This document shows positions 1-16,400 of a stretch of DNA of 64,000 nt, one piece after another. Within the stretch, counting starts at the first letter, position 1; each line of letters opens with the position of its first letter. The stretch lies in contig NC_059427.1 in the NCBI RefSeq assembly GCF_021028975.2, positions 66,774,001-66,838,000 of the forward strand, read 5' to 3'. The position numbers and the translations under genes were made by a program. The notes below the pieces were generated by a model. The model made no database searches, was not told where the DNA came from, and worked only from the letters and a program-made list of their open reading frames with translations. The DNA comes from Sphaerodactylus townsendi (Eukaryota).

Positions 1-305
1 GGAACTCTTTCTCCAGGAAGATTATTCTGTTGCCAGTCGTCTGCCAGTGGGTGAAGACTTTTTTGTTTTGTTTTGTTGGGCATTTCGTCAATACTCCCTC
101 TGTCCTAACAAAAGTTTTAGTCGTTTTTATGTCTGGATTTTAATACTGTGTTTTATTGTTTTAATGATGCATGTGTTTTTGGAAGATTAATTTTAATGAC
201 TTTAAAATGTGATTTTATCATCTTTGTTTTAAATTATTAGTTACCTAGATGTCCCCTGTGAGAGCAGAAAATCAGGATATAAATTTTGTGAAACAAAATA
301 AACAA
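1..305 (+). mobile_element. L2-like LINE 3' end fragment
   Basis: Similar to the 3' part of the L2 copy at 52400-53150 (ggaactc..tccagg..ccagtgggtgaaga..tttgtttt), with an A-rich end. Confidence 0.5.
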
Positions 306-3300
306 TGAATATAAGAAATGCAGAGGTGGCAGCTGCTGATGAAATAGTTCTATTTTCATTTGCACAGCTAATCATATGTCAGAAGCCTGCTGGGTGAGAG
401 CCCCACCACTTTTAAAAAACATTTAAGGTGACAGGAAAAGTGGTGGTGTGTGGGTGCTATAATACCCACAGATGCCTTGTTGGGAACCCCTGCTGTATTG
501 TGTATTATGATAGTGATAATAGTGGATCACACACTATGGAAGTGGAGAGGTAATTAAAGGTTTCAATTGCAAGTTATTCAACAGAAAGGTGGTGTGATGT
601 TGCCTATACCCTATTCCACATGAAGACCTAAGTAAAAATTGTAACTTCATCCACCATTTCCTCCGCTACGCCCCCCCCCCCTTCTCCACTTGTCATTTAG
701 TCTGGACCAGCCTGCAACGGGGTAGGTGGGATGGAGAACATGGAGTGGGAGGGCAGGAGGAAATAGCAGATGTAGTTACAAGTTTACTTAGGTCTTTATG
801 TGGAACAGGGTATAGTAACTAGTTGGAGCCTAGAACTTCTTCTAGTTTCTATTTTGCCCTTTCATTCCTTTTATCTTTGCTGGATCAACTACAAACTCAG
901 AACAATCTCTGTGCTGTACCTATTTTGTTATCCTTCCTGTGTGTTTGGAAATTTAGTAAAGTTTTACTTCTTGAAAGGATCTTTATCCTGGACTCATTTT
1001 AATTTTGCAAAACTGCAACATTTATCATGGTGCATTATAGGAAAAAGCAGCGATTTCAGTATATCCACTCTTTGCAGCCACTCAAGAACGTTAGTTTTTC
1101 CTGGACTCTGCAGTATATACCATAGAATACTGATACCCACTCAGGAACTTGGAGCCACATGTAGTTCTTTGATATGCTATTTGTGGCTGTTCCCCAGTGT
1201 GGCACCTACCCCATATATCAGGAAAGTGTGCATAGTTCTTGCCTGGTACAGTTTGTGATTGACAGGTGGTTTCTACCTTAAAACAGTTACTACTGGTGGA
1301 TGGGTTAACTGTGAATTTACTTGAGCTTCTGTGAAGGCAGGAGATCACAAGAGGTAAAACTTCTACTTCTCTAATACTAAAGACAAGGAATGTTCCCTAA
1401 TTCTTCTAAGATCTTCTTTTCTTCTGATCTTTGATTTACTCTATATGTATATAACTTTCTGGGAGTTTTCTTCTATTGTCCCACCTTTATTGTCCTTTAA
1501 AAATACATGTTTAAATAAATGTTTAACTGAACGGGCAGCTTAGGGAACTGAGGTGATCCCCCCCCACCCCACCCCCTCTGTTTTACCTCAGATAACCATG
1601 CAAAAATCTTTTTCACAGTTAACAAGTAAATAGTAGAATTTTAGTCAACACTTCGGGGGGATTGGATAGGAGGCAATATTGGCAATAAGGAAAGAAGCAG
1701 TTTTATATACAGGAATGGTTTCCAAAGTTCAGCACAGACGGTGTTTGGCTGATGGTTAAGATTTCAGTTGATCGCAGAATTCTTAATGCTTTAAAATATG
1801 ATAGACTTTCAAGATTAAAGAAAGATAGGGTTTGTAACTGCAATAAAGAGAGCCCTCCTCACCATCTCCCACCCCTCTCAAAAAGGTAAGGTTGGGTTAC
1901 TTTAAAAGCTGTGGAGGGAGGGAAGAGTGATAGAGAAGGCTGGATTGCAGTGGAGTGGAGGCAGCAGATATATACCACAATTTCAGTCAGGCTGAGATCC
2001 CATTTAAAACTGGCTGAAGCTTTTGAAATGGGGTTCTTTCTTCAGTATGACACCCCACCCCACCCCCAAATTCCCTACTATCAAATCTGCATTTTATAGA
2101 CATTTTACTTATCCAGAAGCAGGGAAGAAATGTTATTTGTGCATAGTGTAGTACTATTATTTTTATTACTGATTCTCCCCTTTAGTTCTTAAAATATTTA
2201 TACCTCACATTTCCCACCAACAAAACTGGATTGCAGCCAACAATTGCCTGTCAGCCTGTGACATTCCCCTTACCACATAAAATGCCTTTGGCCATAAATA
2301 TTTAGGAACTCCTTTTTTGTGCTCTTTGCATTATTCTAGTTTTAAAATTTTGGATGGAAATTGGCACAATATATAGAGTGTCATAATTTTGTACACAATA
2401 TAGATTTTTTAAAAGATTCTTCATCATCAGGAGTGATCAAAATAATATTTGCATCAAAAGTCTTGGATGTGTGATAAACCTCTGCTGACAGAAGAGATTC
2501 CTGTAAGTGGTACAGGACTTTTTAAACCTCCTTCCTCCTGCTGTAGCCCCAACTGTGCTTGAAATGCTACTCCAGGGACCACAGGGGACCCCCAGAAAAT
2601 ACTAAGGGGACAGCTGGAGGTCAGCAAAAATCATGGCAATTTTTCATGTGATATTTGTGCAGTGATACAGATTGAGGTTTTCAAAATGGAAAAGCCTACA
2701 GCATGCCAGCTTTGTAGTAGTCCCATGGTACTTATACAGACTGCTGATCTTATGCTTGGAGGCTGAGCTGGGCTCTCACCAGAAATTAAGGAGGGGGGAA
2801 AAACCAACCATGTTTAAACAGCTTTGTAGTGTATTTAGCTCTGGCATCCTGGGAGCTGAGTGCACAGAGGACCCTGTCACTCAGCACTTCAGAGGAAACA
2901 GCCTAGCAGGATTTTTCCATTAGCTAAATCAAATTACTGCTCTGGCTCCTACATCTCGTGGAGGAATTTGGTGCTTCCAGGTGACTTTAATGGGAGCTTT
3001 GCAGCATATTCCCTAAATACCACACACTCAGCTTTCTTACAGAAACAAAAAAAGCACTAACAAAGCTTCCCTTGTGCAAAGTTTCTCATAGTTGTATTTC
3101 CAAAGTCTCTCACAGAACCCTATGAACAAGCTCCTCAGAGCCCATCAAAGCCATTCCAATCCTCCCTAAATTGACAGTGACCACTCATTGGTGGCCTGCA
3201 TGAAAGTGTTGCCTCAGCCCTAGTCAAAGTATCTATCCAGAGACCAGGGCCCTTATCTATAGAAGGGGAGAAATCCTCCAAGCGTACAGGGTCTGTTAAA

Positions 3301-3388
3301 CTACCAGAAACTTTGTGGTGCTCAGATATAGGTTTGTCAGTCACATTAATTCAATATATCCATTACCCACAAGCCGAATGGACTAGTG

Positions 3389-3471
3389 CAGTGGTAGTGA
3401 ACCTTCCAGATGTTCATGGACTACAATTCCCATCAGCCCCTGCCAGCATGGCCATAGGTTCACTACCACGG
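3389..3471. mobile_element. hAT MITE (short member of the palindromic family)
   Basis: TIRs CAGTGGTAGTGAACC / GGTTCACTACCACGG with exact 8-bp TSD GACTAGTG. Confidence 0.85.
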
Positions 3472-4522
3472 GACTAGTGGGATCAGTGCAGTGGGATCAG
3501 CTACAGTCACAGCATACCCCCACAATATTTTCAGTACCATATTTTGTAGTTTCCAACTATAGTGTTGCAGCATCAAACAGGGTGGGGATAGGGGTGGAAA
3601 GTTGCAATAGAGCCATATAAGCTGCCTCTATGCTTACCCAGTAGATGAAAAAACATGTCCTGTTACATGCATTAGTGTATACCCCAGAGGCATTTACTGA
3701 GACAACCAGATTCTTTTGGCCTCACCATCAGGTTGTAAATTCTAGAGGTTAGATTCAAAGTCCTGTGAGTAGAATGAAGCTCATAGAACAGGACTTTTCT
3801 GCCTCCTCATGCTCCAAGCTGCAGCCAAACCCCCTTCTTGTTCTGTTCCTGGGAATGCAGGGGAAATTCAGCAGCTTAGACGTAAAACAGGGGGTTGTAA
3901 CTGGAGGGGGGAAATCATCAAAAATAGTCCACTAATGGATATTCACTAGAATGAATCTGGGATCAAATCCTAGCATCACATTCTTTCTCATATATCATTA
4001 ATAACTTAACATTCTTGCATTATTTGTATTTTGTGCTTCAGAATGAAATACCTGTAAGAGTTTAACAGCTTGGTAATGGCCACCAGGTGACACTGTTTAC
4101 CTTGAGAAAGAATACACGGGCAGGATGGCTGCGGTCAGGCCTACTGTGGCTGAGGTAGTAGAAGGGGGGAACTATATGCATGCTTATTTTTGAGATTGCC
4201 TGAAGGTCCAGGAAGTAATTATTTCCTAGTTCCTAATTACTCAGTTGCAGATTGTCTTTTGTGCTGCTGCCAGCAAAATACATTCCCCCCTGATGCTAGA
4301 AAACAATTAGCTTTTTCCCCCCTATTTTTGACCCAATCTATGCTATCTTACATAAAAAGCTATATAGCCAAGAAGAAAAAAAATATGGGCCCATGGACAC
4401 CAAAAACTGATTTATTGCACCTTCATTGCAATGATAATGTGCTTCCAAAAATGAACCTTTGTTCTAGACTTTTTGGATCTCAACACTACTGATTTGTTAA
4501 TCTAACAGCATGATAACTATTA

Positions 4523-4750
4523 TTAGGGTTACCAGCTCTGGGCTGGGAAATACCCAGAGATGTTGGGGATGGTGCCTGTGGAGGGTGGGGTTTTGGCAAT
4601 GGAGGGACTTAAATGGGATATAGAATCCAGTGTGACCATTTTCTCCAGGTAACTGATCCAGGTAACTGATCTCCAGGTGACTGATCATCTGGAGATCAGT
4701 TGTAATTCCAGGTGATCTCCACCATCACCACCTGGAGGATGGCAACCCTA
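4523..4750. mobile_element. hAT-like MITE with TAGGG termini
   Basis: TAGGGTTACCA...TGGCAACCCTA. A related copy lies at about 17742-17941. Confidence 0.65.
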
Positions 4751-5308
4751 ATTGTTGTTGTTTTCTGTGCAATGAATAATGTCCATCTGGTCACTTATGA
4801 AGGATAATGCAGTTCTGTTTCCCTGCCTGTGCCATCTGTGCCAACCCTAATATTAGACCTGCGGAAAGGTGACTCACATCTGAAAACTGACCAGTATAGA
4901 ATAGCCACTTGTCAGATTCATATGTCCCTGCCAGTGACAGAGAACATTTTGTGCGTATTTGCCTAAAAGTAAAGTCATACAGTATTCAATGAAGCTTTTT
5001 CACAGGTGAATGTGCATAGGATTTCCTCCTTCACATACCAAATAAGGAGGTGGGACTTCTAATCAGGATGAAAGAATAATTAACGTAGCTAAGTGATGCT
5101 ACAACAGCAGAAATTGAGGACATATTTGTGCTATCATTCTGTGACTTTTATATTCTTTACTCACTGCAAGCCACAATAGCTATTTCCAAAACAACACTTA
5201 AACATATTAAACTTTATAGGTTCCTGATGCCTGCACTTTAATCATCCTATGAAAACTGTAAGATTTTGGTCTTCTAGCAGACCACTAAGTTTTGGTTCCA
5301 TTCATTCA

Positions 5309-6541
<1,233 letters not shown>

Positions 6542-6954
6542 TTAAAATTTATCTGCTTTTGTTAGCACTGACCAAAATGTTTCACTAACACAAATATTCC
6601 AGCCGAAAATGTGGTTTCGGTAGAATGCATTTTTAAAAAACCAATATTTGATTTTTTAAAAATTCAAAATAAATATTAGGTCAACATTTGTAAAAATGAA
6701 TGAAAGGCAAATGAGACAGACATGAAAGTGCCTAATTCTTTCTCTCCTTTTTGAAATTAACTACAGGAAAAGATGAAAATTTCATGTCTGGCCCAGCTAC
6801 ATGTTGGATGTAGCAATGTCTAACGTGCAAAGGAATTATATGAGATGGGAAAACTATTGTTGATCCTCTGAAGATGCCAGCCACATATGCAGGCGAAATT
6901 ATATGAGATGGGAAAACGATTATATAAGAAATATATGAGATGGGAAAACTATTG

Positions 6955-7052
6955 TTGATCCTCTGAAGATGCCAGCCACAGATGCAGGCGAAACGTCAGG
7001 AGAGAATGCTGCTAGAACACGGCCATACAGCCCGGAAACCACACAGCACCCA
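6955..7052 (+). mobile_element. Penelope-like element terminal fragment
   Basis: CTGAAGATGCCAGCCACAGATGCAGGCGAAACGTCAGGA...GGCCATACAGCCCGGAAACC, a typical squamate Penelope end. A partial tandem copy lies at about 6860-6898. Confidence 0.75.
6959..7001 (+). ncRNA. Minimal type I hammerhead ribozyme motif
   Basis: Stem I TCCT/AGGA, core CTGAAGA (6963-6969), stem II GCC/GGC, GAAA (6990-6993), cleavage triplet GTC (6995-6997), and a minimal stem III. Confidence 0.65.
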
Positions 7053-7572
7053 AGATTGTTGTATTTCTCCAGGAACTGGTCCTTCTGGTCTTAAAGGCTG
7101 GGGTCAATCCATGAAAAGTCATGATAGCACTAATGGTGACATCCAGAACCTAGATTCTGTCCTGCACAGGCACACATTCACATTTGGCTTACCCAGAGGA
7201 CAATTTAACCTTCCCAGTGAAACACTATAACATTTGCAGCATAATCCTAGACAATCCTCAGACCCTACTAATGCTCATTGACTTCAGTAGACTTAAAAGG
7301 ATGAAACTGGGTTCAGAATTGCACTCTTAATTATTTTAAGTAGTGGGCTGATGAATAAAACTTAATCATTTAAAATATTGGGCTGATAAATAACAGGTTG
7401 GAGGTAAAAAGATATGAAATCACCTCTGAAACTGGGACCTGAATATCACCTTGGGCTCCAGAGTAAATGTGCCTGAAAATCCTCATCCATAGTATATAGC
7501 TGGGATGAGATTTAGATGTGTTCAGGTTAGAGGCCATAAAACCCCTTTCCTGCTTCAAATGGGTCCTTCTTA

Positions 7573-8706
<1,134 letters not shown>

Positions 8707-9126
8707 TTATCCTCACATCAAATCTGTGAGGTAGATTAATCCAAGTGTGAGTGACAAGCTAAATTCACTCAATGGGTTTCATGAGTGTGGATATTGTAAT
8801 CCATCGCTCCCCTGTTCCATGCACTGAACTACACTGGCTCTCTGTTCTGACTACCATGAAGTTGGGAATGTTATCATTTAAATGCAATATCCTAGGAAAA
8901 CTTCTTAGAATCATAGCATTGGAAGAGATCGTAAGGACTATCAAGTTCAGCCCCCTGCAATGCAGGAACACACAATCAAAGCACTCCTGACATATGATCA
9001 TCCAGCCTCTGTTTAAAAACCTCCAAAGAAGGAGAACCCACCACACTCCGGGGCAGTGAATTCCACTGTCGAACAGCCCTGACACTCAGAAAGCTCTCCC
9101 AAATATTTAGGGGGAATTTCTTTACC

Positions 9127-9607
9127 CAGTGACGTATTGACCCGGTGACATGACATGGGGTACCCAATGTCCCTAGGCGCATGCCATCTGGTCACGTGGG
9201 GGGCACAAAATTTGCCCCCCTGTGACCAGTGAGTATTTCCCCGGTGCTTCCAACCGTGCCCTCCGCTCATGCCACTGCCGCCGCCACCACGGCGCCTCCA
9301 GCAGCTGTCATTTCGCTCCTTTCCGAGCTGCTCGGAGCAGAGGGAGATGGCAAGGGGGCTGCTGGAGCTCCAGCAGCAGCCGTTTCCCTCCGTTCTGAGT
9401 TGCTCTTCCCTCCGAGCAGCTCAGAAAGGAGGGAAACTGGGCAGCCCCTCTCTCCTGCCTACAAGCGGGACGTGAGTTTCCCTCATGCCTGGCTTCTAGG
9501 CAATGAAGAGGGGCTGGGGCACAACTCGCGAGTAAGTGGGGCCCTGCAGGGGGGGGCACCCAGAGGGGTTTTTTTGTTTCTGGGACACCATTTGGCTCCA
9601 GTACACT
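9127..9607. mobile_element. GC-rich hAT-like non-autonomous element inserted in CR1
   Basis: Starts CAGTGACGTA and breaks CR1 continuity. The right end is degraded and no clean TSD is visible. Confidence 0.5.
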
Positions 9608-9706
9608 TGCACCTTGAATCCATTATTCCGTGTCCTCGTCTTTGAGGCAGCAGAAAACAAGCTTGCTCCCTCTTCAACATTATGGCCCTTCAGATATTTA
9701 AACATG

Positions 9707-9847
9707 GGCTCATTCCGCACATGCAGAGTAATGCACTTTCAAACTGCTTTCAGTGCTCTTTGAAGCTGTGCGTAATAGCAAAATCCACTTGCAAACAGTT
9801 GTGAAAGTGGTTTGAAAACACATTATTTTGCGTGTGCGGAAGGGGCC
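9707..9847. mobile_element. PIF/Harbinger-type MITE
   Basis: TIRs GGCTCATTCCGCACA / TGTGCGGAAGGGGCC with 3-bp TSD ATG. Near-identical to 20997-21136. Confidence 0.8.
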
Positions 9848-12800
9848 ATGGCTATCATATTCCTCATTAACCTTTGCTTCCCCAGGCTAAACATCCCCAG
9901 CTCCCTAAGTCTCTCTTTGTAGGGCATGAATTCCAGACCTTTTACCATTTTGGTTGCCTTCCTCCTCCTCTTGTTCATCTCACATTAAGAATGAAGAGTG
10001 CCAGTAATGAAACTGCCCTTCTCTAAATCCTAACTGACACAATTCTGTTTTAAGGTTTGATTCAGATTAAACCATGGTTAGGAAACTTCACTATAGTTTT
10101 GCTTTGACAATCCTTAGTTTGCAGTGATTAATTGGAATTAGAAATCATGGTTTAAGCAGTCGGGGAAATCTTCATTTATAAATATCTTAATGGACGTGCC
10201 AGTATTAGGGCTATTGCTCTGTCTTTAGAGGCAGCTGCACCATGGAACTGCACCATGAATTTACAAAGCTAAGGGCTGAGAGGCTGGGAAATGAACACAG
10301 ACAAAGACTGGAATCTATTTCACTGTTTATTGTATGTATTTTCCTTACAGTATTTTTCTACTTTTTGTAATTCCATTTCTGCCCTATTAATGACATATCC
10401 TGTCTTACATTGCATTGTCTTACACTGTGTAATCCACCTTCAGTCTCAGTCGGGAAGGTGGGTTATAAATAAAGTAAATGAAAGAATAAACTTATGGTTT
10501 TCCTGTTGTGCACCTAGAAACTTAGACAATGGCTTGGACTCTGAACTACAGTTAGCACAAATCATGGTCAGAATTGAGCCTAAATTCTAAACAAAAACTC
10601 ACCGACCACAAGTCTTTAAACATATCTTGCTTAATGAGAAATTGGAGAAAAACTGAGAAAGACATAGGACGGAGCTTTACTCCCTACTGGCTTTGAGTAA
10701 ACTGTCAACTGAACCGTCAGCAGACACTTTTCAAAAAGATATTGTGATTTAAGAACTAGAGAAAAAATTTAAGCTGTCCAGTTTAGAAGAATACCCAGTG
10801 CTCTGAGATGCAGTTGTCAAGTTTTAAAAGCACACATTGAGTGGCATTCTGGCAATCTAATATTAAAAACATATGATTGAGGTCCTTTGCTGTTGAAAGT
10901 GAATTCTTAATTGGATGTGTAATCCATTTCACTTTCTCATAAAGGAAATTAGGTTAACAAATAGCACGGCTGGCATCAATTGGCCTTGCCTGAGTGAATG
11001 GTTTACACAGCACATTAATGCAACGCTGAAGTTCCAGTGATATACATCGTATTGTCTGAAAGAAAATATCTGGACATTTTGGGTGGGTTGTCACTGTGCA
11101 AAAATGAATTTTGTTTTGAAGAGGAGCATGCTTTCCTATTTCAACTTGCTATGCACTAAAAGTGCAGATAAAAATCCTTTGTGGTATTAACATTCAGTGG
11201 AGTCAGTTTTGTGTCCTTAAATTGGCTCATTTAAAAAAATGTGTTTTTTAAAAAAAATTGAAGGATGGGGTGGATTGATGCAAAGCTGCAGTGCTTGACA
11301 TTATATAGTTGAACAGTAATTCAACTCTTGGTATGCATTAAAAATATGAAAGGCTGATTGTGTGAAAGGCAATTAAGGTACCATCTTGGAATTATGAACA
11401 ATCCTTTCCTTTAACATATGACACACGGGCAGTAAAGAAAATGCCCTTGATATGTAGGCGTCTACAAAGCAGCTGATTTAGACACCATAAATCTAAGCAA
11501 GATACAACAGGCTATTGCCTGAGGTGTGAATGACCTACATTATCTTCACAGGCCAACCAAATTAACCCCACACAGAGATGAACAAGGTATTTAATGGAGG
11601 CTATTATTACAGGCTTCTTGCAGTCTCATTCAAACAGCTATGAACTCAGGCACTTGGATGGCATTTTGGGACATTTTTGCTGCTTTTCTAACACCTTAAA
11701 TCCTGGGGTTTAACCCAAGTCAAACGAACAGGCCCTTTGCTGCTGACCTCTGTTGGAGGGAGATTGCACTTTCAAAATGGCAGACAAAAGCTAGTTACCT
11801 CATAAAAATTCTGACATTATGCCAATGTATCTTTTGACCTATATCTGATTTTATAACTGCAAAGGATCCTCAAGTATTTAGCTAGACTAAATTATACTAA
11901 ACTTCTGTCATGGACAAACAAACCAAGATTTATTTTGTGTTGAACTCTCTGGGCCACATTGGGCACTTGTTTCAAGTTACAGACTCTTTGCCAGTGGAAG
12001 CAATTCTCGGTTTTTCTGTCTAGGTTTGTAAAATCCTCTTGCTTGGTAAATAGACGAGCCTCAAGACTGATTGGCATAAACAGTCACATTTCTAATCCCA
12101 ACTGCACATGCATAAATGTAAATGTATGCATGAGGCATCCCGTGGGCTATCTTCCTGGCTATTTGCACACATAATTGGCACAAATGTCCTTAACATTTGC
12201 AGGAATTGTCCAAAGAAAGCATGTTGTCTAAAACAAACCAAATATTGATAGAAATCTGACAACCCAATTAGAATGCCAGTTAAGTAGTCAGTTTGAATTT
12301 TCATTATGGCAAGGACACAAAGGGAGGCTTTTCCCTCTCCCATCCCCAATTGTTTTTCAGTTATTCCTCAGAAGCACAAATATGCATATTTATTGTGAAA
12401 TCTTCTTTCACATTTAATCATGAATTCAGCTAAGAACAGGCTTTCAAACTTTGCTGTGACTCATTCTCATCCAGAAAAATCTTCTCATATCCTTTAATGA
12501 TACCTGAAATATAGCCCATGATCTAAGGAATTCTATAAAAATGCCTAGCAAATTCACACCCACCACTCCAATTCCAGGCTACATGCAGCATATCAACAAT
12601 GTGAACTGCAGGTTTCTAGGTACTTAATACCCTCCCCATTTTGATGGCAGAGATGGGACGCAAAACTGGCAAGGGGTTATCCACCATTTAGTGGGCACCA
12701 TTTAGTGGGCTGTGTCCAGCTCGGCTCCGTACCTCAAGCTGGGTTGCACTGATGAAGGAATTAAGTCGGATGGTCCTGTAATATATAAGTGATCAGGCAT

Positions 12801-13015
12801 GAATACCATGTATGAGCACCAGCTAAAGCTACAGTATTTATGAATAATTTTGACTGATGGTACATTCTCATCTCATTCCAGATTGGATATGTGATTCAGA
12901 AATTAACAAATGAAAATCTGAACTGAATCTGCTCTTATCTTTAGTCAATTGTGTCTCAGCAGATCATTTAATTGACAGGAATGTCTTCCAACCAGAATAC
13001 ATAGCATGTAGAGAC

Positions 13016-13400
13016 ACAGAATAGAAACACAAAGCAGGAAGGGACCTGAAGGATCCTCTAGTCCCGTTGTGGCGAACCTTTGGCACTCCAGATGTTATGG
13101 ACTACAATTCCCATCAGCCCCTTCCAGCATGGCCAATTGGCCATGCTGGCAGGGGCTGATGGGAATTGTAGTCCATAACATCTGGAGTGCCAAAGGTTCG
13201 CCACCACTGCGTCTAGTCCAACCAACCCCCTGCACAATGCATGAAATTCACAAGTACCTCCCCTCCCCCCTCTCCCCAAATGACCCCTGTTCTGTGCCCA
13301 GAGGAAGGCAAAAACCCTCAAGGATCCCTGGCCATTCTGGCCTGGAGGAAAATGACTTCCTGACCCCAAAGTGGCAAAGTGATAAAGCTCCGTATTCGGC
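13016..13400 (-). mobile_element. CR1 3' fragment hosting a MITE
   Basis: ...gaagggacc...tctagtccaac...cccctgcacaatgca, the reverse complement of the CR1 3' UTR. Confidence 0.6.
13064..13209. mobile_element. Palindromic hAT MITE (146 bp)
   Basis: Near-perfect palindrome centred on GGCCAATTGGCC, flanked by nTCTAGTC repeats. Confidence 0.9.
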
Positions 13401-16400
13401 CTCTGCTGTGGAGGTAGCAATTGTGTTTTGCTTTCTGGAGTGCCAACAGATGGGGTTGTCACTGTATTTGATCAGATAACCACTAACAGATTTTCTATCT
13501 GCTTCCTCAGCAAATGGACTATCTACCCATACAGTGAGTTCATTGCTGTTATCACTGTTGGATATGAGCAGACCATAGTTTGCTGTACCTTTAAGATACT
13601 GAATGACACGTTACAGATTCCTGCTGCAAAGGTTCTGCCTGATTGTTGTTTACATTCAGAACACTTTCATTTTCTAGAAAAGTAGGTGTAAGTAGGTATT
13701 TGATCTTAAATGGGGAAAGGTTTCATTAGAGTCAAGTTCTGAACTTCCATTAACCTGCAAAGAGTCAGACCCCTACCCATTGTTGTCAACTGGGCAGGAA
13801 ACAGCGTTTTATTTTGGGTTTTGTTTTTGTTTAACTTTGAGGTAAGTTCCCAGACAAGCAAAGAGCAAGGCTGTTTACCCCTCTATTTTTTTTTAAGATA
13901 AGGCCCTCAGATGTCTATTCAGTTTACAGTTTGCTAATTTGAGCAAGAACACTTCCCAATTGAACTGCTTTGTAAGGAATAACTTAATCCCAAAGTTTTT
14001 TAAAAAGTTCAGACCATAAGTATAAAGGAACTGCAACTTAACACAACATGAACTGAGAGAGATGAAGAAGAAAGAAGTGTAGCATAATGAGGATTGGGGG
14101 TCCCTGTAGAACAGGGAGGGGAAAGGAAGGCTTCCCAGAAAGAAAGAGCAAACAGAAAGCCATAAACATGTCAAAGCAAATCTGGAAAGGCAGGGATGAT
14201 TAGAGTTGCCGGAGATCAGAGGAAATGGCGATGTATAATCCTCATGATTTAACAACAGCTTGATCTGCAGGAATCTGCCATAAAGTTTTTCATTGCATGA
14301 AAATGCAGAATATGAAGGCAGGTACAGGAGTCTTTCCCGGGGGAAAAGAAGATGGGAACACTTTAACGTTCAGGATGTTGGGCTTTTCATGTTTCCCTTG
14401 CAATCTGGTGCCTGTTGTGAAAGTTTTCAGTGCAGTAGTGACAATCTTTAATGTAAATATAATTGGAAAAAAATCTGTATCCCCCTGAAAATTGAGGCTT
14501 GATGTTTCAGTTCAGGTATCTAATATTCAGTCTACTAAGCAGATGATCTATTGACTCTCCCATCTATTCCTCCCCCCACAAAACTGGTCTTATATAACTT
14601 ACTTGATTTGAAGAACTCCCACCTATCCAGTGTACATTATTAAAAAGTTTTTAAAGTTTTATTTCAGTATACAAAACAAACATAAACAAACATACCATTA
14701 GGGACAGTACTGCAATGGCACAGCTGAGCCACTTCCTAAGCAGGTAGTTGCGCTATCACGAAAGCTGCCTCTCCAGGCACTCCCACTCATTGGCTGCTCA
14801 CATGAATGATACCATCAGTGGGATAGGCTGGGTGGGGACCAGCTTTGCTATCTGGTTCGGGGGGGGGGGGCAGAGCTGACCAGGGACACAGGTATAGATT
14901 TTTTATGGGGTGGGTTCAGGGGCGGGACATCAGAGCATCACCATTCTCTTCCTGGGGGTTTCCTCCTTCCCCATGTACTAGTCCACCCAGGTCCCTGACT
15001 CTGCCCCTGCAACTCCAAAAGTGGAGCCAGGCCCACAGCGGCCAGCCAGTGACTGTTGTGACCATCACTAGGGATGGAGGGTGGCTACCCCAATGGTAAG
15101 GGCTCCTCCCTGAGTGTTGGCACTGGATTTCCAGTGCTACCCTTCCACTCTCCTAGCAGCTACCCAACCTTACTGAGAAGTTGACATATTGGTCCATTTT
15201 GCACAGGACAAAAAGGACATCTGTGAGACATCTTAAAAAGAGGTGACTGCCTCTTTTCACTCCGCACATCCAAAATAAGACATCCAGGGAATGTTTTAGA
15301 AAGAGGCAGTCTCTAATGTGCCTTCCCAACAGCAAAGGCATCAGAGGGGGGAAAAGGCTGTTTCCTGACTGACCGTTTTGCTCTCTGGCCAGTTTCTCCC
15401 TCAATTTGCGCCTGACATTTTGTGTGCAGCTGAAAAGGATTCTCCCTGCTGCCATTTGCTGAAGGTTGTCCCAGGACATTTGTTCTGCAGGCTCTGATCC
15501 TGGGTGCCTTTTCAACCCCAAAAGTACATAGTTTCACTCAGCTGGTCCTGCCAATTCCAACCATATACACTATTCCTATTTTCAAAAATAAAATTCCATG
15601 AACTATCTCCATAGCTACACAGACACAAATATGAGAATCTTAGCTGCTCTGAAGACTTGTCTACCTCCCATTGAGAAGCACTGGGTGGACCTGCCCTCCG
15701 CAGACTGACAACTTTTCTGTGCAGTTGAAAGGACTCAAGGAGCTGACTAATATCACCCCTGACTCTGGCCAAGCCCCCTTTGGTGCCAGCTCAGAGGCCT
15801 TTGCCCGGGCCAAAGATCTGCACTGGGGATGTACCACAGCATGGCTGTGCCAGTGGCCCTCCACTGTATTCCTGTGCTGTTCTCCAGTTCTGGCGCAAGT
15901 ACCCTGGTGCTGGCATAAATGTCCTTATGCTGGTGCAAGTGGCATTAACATCAGCACTGGAGTAAAACCACTTCCACAGATTTTTGCCCCACCCCCGATT
16001 GCACTGTTGGACTTTAAAAAGCAATTTTTTAAAAAAATGGAACCCTTTTTGAAAAACATCCAATTTTTGAAAGTAAATAAACCACTCTTCTAACTTCTTT
16101 CTTCTTCATTAAGTTATCAATGATATTTATACAAGTTCCAAAGATGTTTATAAAGCCCAAAAATATGTTTAGTTTTAAACAAACTATTGAGATGAATAGA
16201 GAAAAGTCTGTCAATATTTATTTGCTTATTCTTCTTTAAAACATCTCAAATCTTAAATCATGAAATAAAATATTTTGTAATCCCAGTAAAGATATAACTT
16301 CTTTTTTTTAAAAAAAAACACTGTTTGTATCCTTGAAAATATCATCTCTAATTGAAAAACGTAAAACAAAAGAGATGTCCAGTGTTAGCAACCTGCCTGA

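Larger units (their letters stand above)
8905..9965 (-). mobile_element. CR1 LINE 3' fragment interrupted by two DNA-transposon insertions
   Basis: Minus-strand ...FKYLKG..EEG..LF...RTRNNGFK and FLSVRAVRQWNSLPRSVVGSPSLEVFKQRLD, plus the CR1 tail (ctatgattcta). Confidence 0.9.

Noticed and set aside
1728-1748. RE1/NRSE site (TTCAGCAC...)
   Set aside because: Only the left half-site is present; there is no GGACAG at the proper spacing.
1-5300. GRM2 TM7/C-terminal exons
   Set aside because: I found no VQTTTMC/PK..IILFQPQKN coding sequence by eye, so these exons probably lie left of the window.
13058-13479. Overlapping ORFs on both strands (MANLWHSRCYGL...)
   Set aside because: They are translations of a palindromic MITE and recur at each copy.
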